A DNA stretch of 35,793 nt from Jimgerdemannia flammicorona (taxonomy: Eukaryota), in assembly GCA_003990765.1 (NCBI GenBank), contig RBNJ01000239.1, positions 1 through 35,793 on the forward strand, in the 5' to 3' direction. Below, one piece after another: positions 11,908 to 22,714 of the stretch. Each line of letters begins with the position of its first letter. Position 1 is the first letter of the stretch. The position numbers were made by a program, and so were the translations under genes. The notes beneath the pieces were generated by a model. It worked only from the letters and a program-made list of their open reading frames with translations, made no database searches and was not told where the DNA came from.

Positions 11908-12350
11908 TATAATATAGTAGATATATAACTATATAAGTATATCAGATTTCTATATCTTGAAAACTTGATCTTCTTTGACTCTGCAGAGTTCTTAGAATGC
12001 AGGAGTGGGTAAGTTCGAAGTATATCTACTTATAGACTTACTAGTTCCTTTGCTTTCTCTTTACTTTAAACTATTTCAATCTGAGGTTTATTCACTCTAG
12101 ATACTGGAGATATTTATACAAGTTTGCCAGCTATGGTGACTAAGTTATAATTATATTTTCTGTAAGTCATTTTCTACAAGTATAGATTCTCTATATCTGT
12201 AGAACTTCTATATTTGTAAAGTTTCTATATTTGTGAAAATATGACTACTATTTGCAAGCTATACTATATTTGAAAATCAGATTTAAGTACTATGTATAAT
12301 CAAATGTCTATTTCTCTAATTTATATTACTAATTCAGATCAACTATCACA
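11908..12350 (-). repeat. 3' LTR of element D
   Basis: Direct repeat of 18095-18540, adjacent to the PPT. Confidence 0.92.
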
Positions 12351-12387
12351 ACTTCCTTCTGAATAGATGATTCATCCCTGAAACATT

Positions 12388-12852
12388 CTATTAACTTGAA
12401 CTCCCAAGTCTCCACAAGCTATATCTCCTTATACTGTACAATCTGTACCATCATATTCTTCCAATGATATCTTCTGATTTATATAAAGTCTCCTGAAATC
12501 ACTTCTCAAAAGTGAGTTAGGGCTGGCTCATCCTCCTTAAATGACTTATATACTCATTTAGCAATAGTGATCTGAACATGGGAGAGCTGGCACTCTCTAA
12601 TCCAATCTTCTTTTCTTATTTCTGGTGCAAATTCAATAATTATCCTAACTTGAAGTATTCTTGAAGCTCTGTCTAATTCTGATAGGCCTTGAAGTGTGAA
12701 ATTTATAACAAATATGTCTATACTATACTTTGAATATTATTGAAGAATTCCTCTATTATGGGCAGCTTAGTAGTATACCATTGTCTTTCTATGGCTTATT
12801 GTACAGTACTAGTGATCTTGAGAGCTATGGCCATTCTTCATTAACTAGCCAT
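12388..12852 (-). pseudogene. Accessory ORF of element D
   Basis: ATG 12852 gives MAS**RMAIALKITSTVQ*AIERQWYTT..., colinear with 21070-21531. Confidence 0.75.
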
Positions 12853-14024
12853 AATACTTCTTGAGTCAGTTTTGGTAAATGGTAGTGGGGATGATTATGT
12901 CTAAGAGTTTTCATAGTCAAAAGGTTATTCCTTTTATATCTTATATAAGATAAGGTTCTTCTCACTTAAACTCCAGTTTTTGTGATCATAAAGCTTCTAC
13001 CATATTCTGATATATCAGGAATTTGTCTTCTATCTTGATAATCTCTAGGGACTTGTGCATTATTCCATTGTAGTACCTGTGCCTTAGTTATATAATTCTC
13101 AGTCTTCTTTCTGATTTGGTATAGTCTCTATATCTCTATATCCATATGTTTTCATATAGTATCTCTATTAGATAATAAGATTTCTTAAGAACTTTCTTCT
13201 CTAAACAGTATCTCTTAAGGGGTAAAATGGGTACTTTGTGATTAGATATCTTGAAGAATAGATAATACTATTGACAGATAGTGATTTCAGTTTTTATAGT
13301 TATTGCAGATCTTGGTAATATTATTCTTGAGAGTCTTATTTGTTCTTTCTGCTTGTCTATTTCTCTGAGAGTAATAGGCTGTAGTCTGAATATGCTGGAT
13401 CTTATACTTCTTATAGAGAACCTCAAAGAACTGGTTTATAAATTCTGTTTCTCTGTCTGTAGTTACTTATATTGGGATCTTGAACTTGCAGATAATTTCT
13501 TTATAGAAGAAATCAGCAATTGACTGTAAATTGGTTTCTTTAAGAGGTCCTGCCTCTATCTATTTTGTGAAAAAGTCTATGATAATAATGATATATTAGT
13601 TACCAGTCAAAGTTAAGAGTAGAGGGCTAATTATATCTATTATAATATATGCAAAGAGTACTAGTTCTATGTGTGCTTATCCTGGGGTCTGATTTCATTC
13701 ATCTTATTTCTGTTTCTGGCATTTATTACAGATCTTGACAAATCATCTGATGTCTTTCTCTATTCCTGGCCACTACATTATTCTTCTTACTTTATCATAG
13801 GTATTTGTTCCTTCTAGATAGCTAAGTTTGTATACTGATTTCATTACTTAATCCTTCTTGTATTTAGGTATAACTAGTAGCTTTTCTTTCTTCAGAATTT
13901 CTCCATCAGTCTCAAATTGTTTCTATATTCTGTTAATAATTATTTGTGTCCATTCTTCCAGATATTGGGGCATTTTTCATTGTCTCAGATAGATGATAAT
14001 TCTATAGTAGAGTTTCTTATTCAT
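12845..14024 (-). pseudogene. int: Integrase of element D (separate ORF)
   Basis: Starts MNKKLYY at cATGAATAA overlapping the RNaseH-frame stop. Colinear with 21521-22714. Confidence 0.88.
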
Positions 14025-17000
14025 GGTTGATTTACTGGTTAGGAGTCCTTTAGAGTGTCTATGAGAGGGTATTTGCATTAGCATTGGTTCTTTCAGGGTA
14101 GTATACAATGGTTATATTATAAGCTTGTAACTTTATAATCTATCTGACATAGATTCCTTTGGATTGTCCAGTGGTTAGCAGCTAAGTCAGAGCAGAGTAG
14201 TCTGTCTGAATAGTGAAGTGTCTTCCTACAAGATAGTAGTGGAACTTCTCTATAGCCCAGATGACTGTAAGATATTCCAACTTATAGGATTAATACTCCT
14301 TTTCAGCTCCTTGGATTTCTCAGCTGAGATATATAATGATATATTCTATTTTATCTTTCTTTTGGACCAGGACAGCTCTTAGTTCTTGGGTACTTATATC
14401 TATCTCTAGGATAAATTTCTGAGTCCAATCAAGTCTTCTGAGAATGGGTACCTGGATCAGCCTGATCTTGAGTTCATCAAATACTTTTTGTTGCCTATCA
14501 GTCCATTGAAACTTGATATTCTTCTTGTTGAGTTTGTAGATTGGGCCTGCAATATTGGAGAATCTTCTAATAAATCTGTGATAATATGAGATAAGTCTCA
14601 TAAAGACTTGGGCTTCAGTGATAGTGGTGGGCCTTAGATATGCTGCTACTGCTTGAATCTTAAGTAGATCTGTATATATTTCATCTCAATTGATGATGTG
14701 TCTAAGATAGGAGATCTTGATTTCTACAAACTTGCACTTCTTGGACTTGATATATAGGCCATACTTTCTTAGCTTCTCTATTATTTGCTGGATGTGTTGT
14801 AGATATTCTTTGACTATCTTGCTATAGATGATAACATCATTCACATAAATCATTATCCATCTTTCTATGTTATAGCAGAAGATTTTGTTCATCATTCACT
14901 GAAAGATTATTAGTATATTACATATTTCAAATAATATTCACAGATAGATATAGGTTCTATCTGGAGTAATGAAGACTGATTTTTCACTTACTGCTTCAGT
15001 GAGGTCTATTTAGTAGAACTCTGAGTATAAATCTAAGATACTGTAATACTGTACTTCATCTCCTAGAGTTATAAGGATATCACTGATGAGGTATAGTGGT
15101 TGGTGATCCTACTTCATAGTTAGGTTGAGCTTCCTGTAATTGGTGTAGAACCTTAGAGCAAATTCTCCTAGTTTGCTTCCTTTTTTTAGAGCCAATATAA
15201 CTGGTAAAGCTCAAGGACTGCTGGATTTTTTGATAATACTAGCTTCTTCCATCTACTTGATTTCTTCTCTGAGCCATTCATAATAGGCTAGTAGAATTGG
15301 TCTTGCTTTTTGATATATTGGTTCAGTGTCTCCTATATCTACATAATAATAGTAGTATAGAGTCTTTCTCTTGATATCCTTGAAATATATGACCAGAATA
15401 TTCTCATATTCATAGAGTATCTTCTTGAGTTCCTTCTTGAGTGAGAATTTATTTCTAATAGTATAGCTATGTTTATTTGTAGTTTCCTCCTTCTTGTGAT
15501 CTAGTTCTATGATCTTAGTGCTGGTGAATATTTCTCTTCCAGTAGATCTGAATCCTTTCCTTTCTCTTTCTATTTCCTCTAACTTCTTGACTTCCATGAT
15601 CTTTAGCTGAAGAACTGGGAAGATTAACATCTGTATTAATTGGTCCTTCTTCTTGATTGAAAATAGAATTATAGGATTATAGTTCCTAGCAATGAGTAGT
15701 ATTTTCTCAATATAGTCTGAATTAATAACTTCTCCTTCAATAGTAATCTCACTCTTGGCCAGGCTACTTCTTGTATTGAGGATCCTGACATAGTTCTTTG
15801 GAATGGTCATTTCCAGACCAGTTTCAAGCAGAGTAGTTGTCTGGAGCTCTAGTATAGTTTTCTCTACTGGCAATATCTATTCTAGCTGCATTCTCTGACT
15901 TATATTCTGGTAGAACTGCATTAAAATGGATTTTCTGAATCTTGACCTTGATGATTTTTTCTTCATTATTGCTGTTCTCTAAAAGAGCTAGTGATTTATC
16001 ATCTTTTTTCTTCTCCTTTTCTTACCTTGTCTGTTTCTTGAGGGTCTTCTGTCTTCTTTTATAGTAGATTTTCTTAATTCTATTAATATACTGATAGCAA
16101 TTGTCAATATTTTTCATACAGTACATCTTGATTCTGTGAGGGCAGACTCCTTGTAGTATATATCCTCCAATGATCCTTTTACACTATTCTTTCTCACTGA
16201 TTCATCTGACTTTTTTTTTTTTTTTCTGGGTAGTTACTATATTGGCTTCTTCTTGCTCACTTTCTTCTTCTTCTATCTCAGATAGTACTTCTTTATTGAT
16301 ATTGATGGGAGTTTGCATCTTCTGAGCATTGAGGTCAATTATTGCTCTGGCTTTATAAAGTCACTGGTTACCAATGAGAATGTTATAATTAGTAACATTG
16401 GTTATGATTACATTTACTGAGATAGTTGCTCTTTCAGACTTGATGGAAACATCTCAAATCTTTCCTAGAGGTGTGGCTCTTATGCTATCTACTGTAATAA
16501 ATACTAATTTAATTACTTCTTCAACCTCCCAAACTAGGCAATCTACTGCTTTCTTACTAAGAAGACATCTTTCTACTCTAGTATCAATGATGGTCTCAAA
16601 GATTCTATCTTCAATTTGACAGGTTGCATAGACAGATATCTTGTAATTATCTTTACTCTCTTCTCTAGAGTCTTCTTGAACATTATTGACTTGGTTATCT
16701 TTCTTAGTTGTCTCAGCAAGTCTATACTTTATTTGCTGTCTAAACATGGGTATTTCTGCCAGCTGACCAAAGGTTATATTGACCTTTTGTTGACTGAGAT
16801 TCTTGAAGATATCATACTTGAAAGTCTTGGTCTTGTGAAGCTTCTTCTTCTTTTCTCCTTTACTGACTGGAGTAGTTTCTCAGATGATATCTTGGACAGT
16901 CTGTTCTAGCTCTATATCTTGATCCATTTCTTCATCTTGGCTTTCCATAATAGTTTCTATCTATTTTTTCACAAGATTCTTCTTGGGTCTTTCTGGTGGT

Positions 17001-17980
17001 CTTTTGTAGGGTTGCTTGCAGACATTCTTCTTGACAGTCTCAGTGAGGTAGGCTTCCCATTCTTCTTTATCTGATTCTCCAATCTTCTTGAAGATAATAG
17101 TATTGGCCTGTTCTTATTCCTTATAATATTGCTTGACTGAGCTTTGTGCTTGGTCTTGCTCATACATTTATATAAATAGTGACCTTCTTTTCTACAAGTA
17201 TAGCAGATATCTCTCTTCTTGTCTGAGGTAGTGGCAAAGGTTCTGAACTGGGCAGCAGTCTCTTTCTCTAAATTCCTTTACTATATCTCTGAGATAGGCA
17301 GTCATTTTAGCAAACTTCTTAGCAAGTTCCTATATTATATTACTGTTTCTCTACTACTCAGTAGCTCTTGACTGAGGTGTGTTTCAATTGATCACTATGG
17401 TAGATATGTATCATACTGATTGCCTTGGGTGCTTCAATTCTAACTTCAGTAACTCTTCTCATTGTATGATCTTATAGATATCTGGCTATCTAATATCACT
17501 GGACATAGGTAACCTTTTGTACTAGGTCCAGAACTACTGATGATGAGCAGATAGTCAGAACTATCTCTGGGTGAACTTCTTTTATAAAGATTATCTTGGC
17601 TACTTGATCTTAGATAGTGATAGCATAATCTACAAGAATTATTTGATATCAGATTCTAGTATAGAATGTGTTTAGATCCTCACCCATTCCTTGATAAGTT
17701 GTATTGAGCTAATCTTTCAGAGCTTACTTAATCTCATCTGTATAGTATGTGGTTTGGAGCCAGGTCTTCTGTGTATCAGTATAGCATCAGCATCATTTCT
17801 TATATAGATTGCAGTTATAAATACTACTCTTACAGGACCTCATAGACTAAAGGGTATGAGGGCTACTTGCTGTATAGTTATCAGAGTCCTTATAGTAGTA
17901 TATTGCTCAAAATCATCAATTAAGGTGATGATTGATTCATCTGAAGTATATCTATAGAATACTCATAGTCTCATATCCAT
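14017..17980 (-). pseudogene. pol: gag-protease-Cys/His finger-dUTPase-RT-RNaseH ORF of element D
   Basis: Gag ATG at 17980; IIDTR (protease); GVCPHR...NCYQ; EGEVINSDY and KGFRSTG (dUTPase, ~15538-15954); YVND (RT YVDD); FILEIDIS (RH). Many transition-derived stops. Confidence 0.92.
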
Positions 17981-18094
17981 CTTGTCTAGATGTTTTTATT
18001 TTATTTATATAGTTGTTCAGGTGGTAGCAGTTGTTTATTGTTCAGCTTGAAAGTGAGGGATTCATTTTGAATTACTAATTAATAGGTACCAAGT

Positions 18095-18540
18095 TGTAAT
18101 GTAGTAGATGTATAACTATGTAAGTATGTCAGATTTCTGTATCTTGGAAATTTAATCTTCTTTGACTCTACAGAGTCCTCAAGATATAGAAGTGAATGAG
18201 TTTGAAATGTATCTGTCTGCAGACTTACTAGTTCTTTTACTTTTTCTTTACTTTGAACTATTTTGATCTGAGGTTTATTCACTCTAGATACTGGAGATAT
18301 TTATATAAGTTTGCTAGCTATGTATAAGGTGGCTAAGTTATGACTATGTTTTCTATAAGTCATTTTCTATAAGTATAGATTCTCTATATCTATAGAATTT
18401 CTATATTTATAAGATTTCTATATTTGTGAAAATATGACTACTATTTGCAAAACTATACTATATTTAGGAATTGGATTCAGATATTATAATCAAATATCTA
18501 TTCTCCTGATTCATATTACTAATTAAGATCAACCATTATA
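18095..18540 (-). repeat. 5' LTR of element D
   Basis: Direct repeat of 11908-12350, followed on the minus strand by ACT-TGGTACCTATT PBS. Confidence 0.92.
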
Positions 18541-18869
18541 ATATATAGATTATTTATTTTTTTTATTAAAAAGTTTAAGCCTGTTATCTATAAGTTTATA
18601 AAAGAGAAATAAATTTATATATTATTATTTATTACTTTAAAAAAGTCTCAAGCCTATTACTCATTTTTGATATCTATATAAATACATATTACCATCTGAA
18701 TTATTTACTACTAAAATACTCATTTTTCTATTAAAAAGCTCAAGCTCATTATCCACAAATCTATATAAGAGAAATAAATTTACACATTACTATCTACTAC
18801 TCTAAAAAAGCCTTAAGTCTATTATCTAATTTTCCATAAGCTATTATTTATTAAAAGTCTATATAGGAA

Positions 18870-19239
18870 TAGTGCTCTCAAATAAATTGAATTGAATTGA
18901 AGATCATTTAAATCAAATCAAATTAGAGATTTTTTATTTAAATAAATTTTAAATTAAATCAAATTTAAATTAAATAAAGGGTCTAATTCAAACCCTATTT
19001 TTAGAAATATAATAACTTGATAAAAATATATCTAAGTTTAACTATCTTTAGCTTGTTAGATTTATCTTATGTATATAGGGAAATCTAACAAACTAAAGAT
19101 AGTTAAATTTAGAAATATATTTATTAAGTTATTATATTTCAAAAAATAGAGTTTGAATCAAATTTGGAATCAAATTAGTCTTTGATTCAATTCAAATTAA
19201 ATTAAATTGAACTTTTGATTTAATTTATTAGAAGTACTA
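18870..19239. mobile_element. hAT-type foldback MITE
   Basis: Termini TAGTGCTC...GAAGTACTA, palindromic body with central hairpin, degenerate 8-bp flanks TATAGGAA/TATAAAAG. Confidence 0.82.
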
Positions 19240-19276
19240 TATAAAAGAAACTAAATTTACATATATTGTTATCTAT

Positions 19277-19756
19277 TGTAATATAGTAGATATGTAATTA
19301 GAAAAATGCAGTAGATTTCTATAACTCTTCTTAACTTCTCAGAGTTATAAGTAGTATCTGTCTGATCTCATTATCAGACTACCAGGGTGAGGCTCAAACT
19401 CTTTTGATCTGAGGTTTATTCACTTTAGATACTAGAGATATTTATACAAGTTTACTAGCTATAAGGTGGCTAAGTTATGACTATATTTCCTATAAGTTAT
19501 TCATCATAAGTATTAATTCTTAATATCTATTAATATCTGTAAATACTTTAACATTTGCAAATACTTTAACATCTGTGAATACTTTAATATCTACAAATAC
19601 TTTAATATCTACAAATACTTTAACATCTGTTAAAGTTTCTATATTTGTGCAATATAACTGCTATTTGTAAAGTTATACTATAATATGTAAATCAGAAAAT
19701 CAGATTTATATATTATGATCAAATATCTATTTTCTGTTTCAATTTCATATTATATA
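19277..19756 (-). repeat. Solo LTR (F-like subfamily) with 18-bp U3 tandem repeats (19538-19630)
   Basis: TGTAAT left terminus, shared TATA/AATAAA core, U5 matches the F LTRs, no PBS or PPT adjacent. Right boundary approximate. Confidence 0.8.
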
Positions 19757-19771
19757 TTATATTATATAAGA

Positions 19772-20544
19772 TAGTGCTTTTAAATAAATTAAATCAAATC
19801 AAATTTAAATCAAATTAAAGCCTGATTTAATTTGATTAAATTAAATTAAAGTCCAATTTAATTTAAAATATTTAGCCTAAATTCAAAATGTAATAACTCA
19901 ATAAAAATATATCCAAATTTAATATTCTTTATTATATAATATTCTAGTACTCCCAATGAATTAAATTGAATTGAGGCCCAATTCAATTTGAATCAATTCA
20001 AATTGAGGTTCAATTCAATTTGAGGTCTGATTTGAACTCTATTTTTAGAAATTAAATAACTCGACAAATACACATCTAAATTCAATAATCTTTAGCTTGT
20101 TAGATTCCTATTATATAGAGGAATCTAACAAGCTAAAAGTCATTAAATTTGGACATGTATTCATCAAGTTATTACATTTCTAAAAATAGGTTTAAAATTG
20201 GACTCTCAATTCAATTTGAATTCAATTTAATTCAAACCAATTCAATTTGATTCGAATGACTCTCAATTTGATTTGATTCATTTGGGAGTACTACTAGATT
20301 CTCTATTATAAAATATATTGAATAAGCTAAATTTATTAAATTTAGATAAGTTTTAGTCAAGTTATTAAATTTTGAAAAATTAGATTTAAATTGGACTTCA
20401 AATTAAATTGGACCTCAATTTAATTTAAATCAAATCAAATTGAGCCTCAATTCAAATCAAATTGATCCTTAATTTGATTTGAATATTTTAAATTAAATTA
20501 AATTGAAGGTAAATTTAATTTAATTTAATTTATTCTAAGTATTA
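19772..20544. mobile_element. hAT-type MITE interrupted near its centre by a second MITE
   Basis: Termini TAGTGCTT...AAGTATTA; 8-bp flanks ATATAAGA/ATATAGAA. Confidence 0.7.
19945..20293. mobile_element. hAT-type foldback MITE (nested, less degraded)
   Basis: TIRs TAGTACTCCCAA / TTGGGAGTACTA; central hairpin AGCTTGTTAGATTCCT...AGGAATCTAACAAGCT. Confidence 0.88.
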
Positions 20545-20565
20545 ATATAGAAGAAATATATATAT

Positions 20566-21032
20566 TGTAATGTAGTGGATGCTTACTCTTGAAAGTACAT
20601 CAGATTTCTGTATCTTGAAAACTTGACTGTTCTGACTCTTGCAGAGTCTCTTGAAGTTGCAGGGGAGAGTGGGTGAGTTCGAAGTATATCTGCCCACAGG
20701 CTTACTAGTTCCTTTATTATCTCTTTGCTTTGAACTATTTCGATCTGAGATTTATTTACTTGAAGATACTGGGTTATTTATACAAGTTTGCTAGCTATGA
20801 GATGGTTACTGGGTTACATGGCTAAGTTATGAGTCATTTAACACTTTGCAAAATATTTTACCAGTTGTGAAATGCTATACCAAATCAAGAAGCTCGATCT
20901 TGCACTTTGCAAAATATTTAGCAAATGGCAGAATCAAGGACTGCTAACTATGTGGCTATACTACTTTAGGACTGGGTGTGATCAAGTATCTGTTCTCTAT
21001 TTTCTTCTTCCAAATCTGGCTATACCATCACA
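20566..21032 (-). repeat. 3' LTR of element E
   Basis: TG...CA termini; ~92% identical to 32718-33184 by manual count. Confidence 0.96.
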
Positions 21033-21069
21033 ACTTCCTCCTGAATAGATGATCTCGTCCCTGAAGCAT

Positions 21070-21531
21070 CTATTCAAACTCCCAAGCTTCAATGGTCTGT
21101 ATGGTCTTGTATTGTGCGATTTATTGCATTACTGTTTCCCAATGATATTGCCTGACTCAGTCGAAGTCTGAGGGAGTCACTCCTCACAGGTGGGCTAGTG
21201 CTGATTCATCCTCTCAGAATAGCTTATAGATTCTCTTAGTAATGGTGATCTGGGAATAGGAGAGCTGGCATTCTGCGATCTAATTTTCTTTGGTCATTTC
21301 TGAGTCTTGATTGAGTACTTGACTATGTTTGAAGTACTCTTGGAATTCATTTTGATGCTGATAGGTCTTGAAGTGTGAGATCCAAGAGAGATGAGTCTGC
21401 ACAATGCTTTGGATACTGTTATAGGACTCCTCTATAGTTGGAGGCTCAGTGGTGCACCATTGTCTCTCAATGGCTCTTTGGGCAGTGCTAGTGATCTTGA
21501 GTGTTATCACAGTACTTTTGTTACTGGCCAT
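21070..21531 (-). pseudogene. Accessory 'env-position' ORF of element E (153 codons)
   Basis: Reads MASNKSTVITLKITSTAQRAIERQW...KEN*IAECQLSYSQITITKRIYKLF*EDESALAHL*GVTPSDFD*VRQYHWETVMQ*IAQYKTIQTIEAWEFE*. The ATG overlaps the integrase stop and the ORF ends at the PPT-proximal hairpin. Confidence 0.82.
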
Positions 21532-22714
21532 GATATTTCTTGAGTTGGTTTTGGTGAATAGTGATGAGGATTATTGTGCCTGAGGGTTTTCATAGCCAAA
21601 AGGTGGTCCCTTTTATATCTTGCACCAGGTAAGGTCCTTCCCACTTGGGCTCCAGTTTTCATAACCAAGAAGCTTCTACCATATTCCAATACACTAGAAC
21701 TTTATCTCCTATCTTGATAATCTCTAAGGGTTTGTGGGTCTTTTCTGCATTCCTCCATTATAGTGTCTGTGCCTTGGTTATGTAATCTTTAGCCTTTTTC
21801 CTGATTTGGTGTAGTCTCCATATTTCTATGTCCATATGTTTCCATATGGCATCTCTATTGGAAGATAGGGTTCTCTGAGAACATTCTTCTCCAAACAACA
21901 TTTCTCAAGGGGTAAAGTAGGTACTTTGTGATTGGATATCCCAGAGAGCAGATAATGCTATTGGCAGATAGTAATCCCAGTTCTCGTAGTTATTGCAGAT
22001 CTTGGCAATACTGTTCTTGAGGGTTTTGTTGGTCCTTTCTACTTGTCCATTTCCTTGAGAGTGATATACTATGGTCTGAATATGCTGGATCTTGTACTTC
22101 TTGTAGAGAACTTTGAAGAACTGGTTCACAAATTCTGTTCCTCTATCTGTAGTTACTTGTGTTGGGGTTTTGAACTGGCAGATAATTTCCTTGTGGAAGA
22201 AATCAGTGATTGACTATGCATTGGCTTCCATAAAAGATCCTGCTTCTATCTATTTTGTAAAAAGGTCTACGATGACGATGATGTATCGGTTGCCAGTCAA
22301 AGTCAAGGGTAGAGGGCCAATTACATCCATTGCAATGTGGGTGAATGGTACTGGTTCTATGTGTGCTGATCCTGGGGTTCGATTTTGTTGGTCTTGTTTC
22401 TATTTCTGGTATTTGTTGCAGGTCTTGATGAATTGTCTGATATCTTCCTCTATCCCTGGCCACCATATTGTTCTCCTTGCCTTGTCATATATATTCGTTC
22501 CTCCTAGATAGCCAAGTTTGTATACTGATTTCATCACTTGCTCCTTCTTGTGTTCTGGTATGACTAGTAGTTTTCCTTTTTTCAGTGTTTCTCTGTCAGT
22601 TTCAAATTGTTTCCATGTTCTGTTGATAATCATTTGTGTCTATTCTTCCAGATGTTGGAGCATCTTTCGCTGTCCCAGGTATATGATAATTCCATAATAA
22701 AGCTCCTTATTCAT
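21521..22714 (-). pseudogene. int: Integrase of element E (separate ORF)
   Basis: Motifs MNKELYY...; IWWPGI...CNKYQ; YHSQGNGQVERTNKTLK; KLEPKWEGPY; ends KKYHGQ*. No chromodomain. Confidence 0.93.

Larger units (their letters stand above)
11908..18540 (-). mobile_element. Complete degenerate Ty3/Gypsy element D (dUTPase-bearing)
   Basis: LTRs at 11908-12350 and 18095-18540, ATAT flanks on both sides, PBS 18074-18091, PPT 12351-12361. Colinear with element E. Confidence 0.95.
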
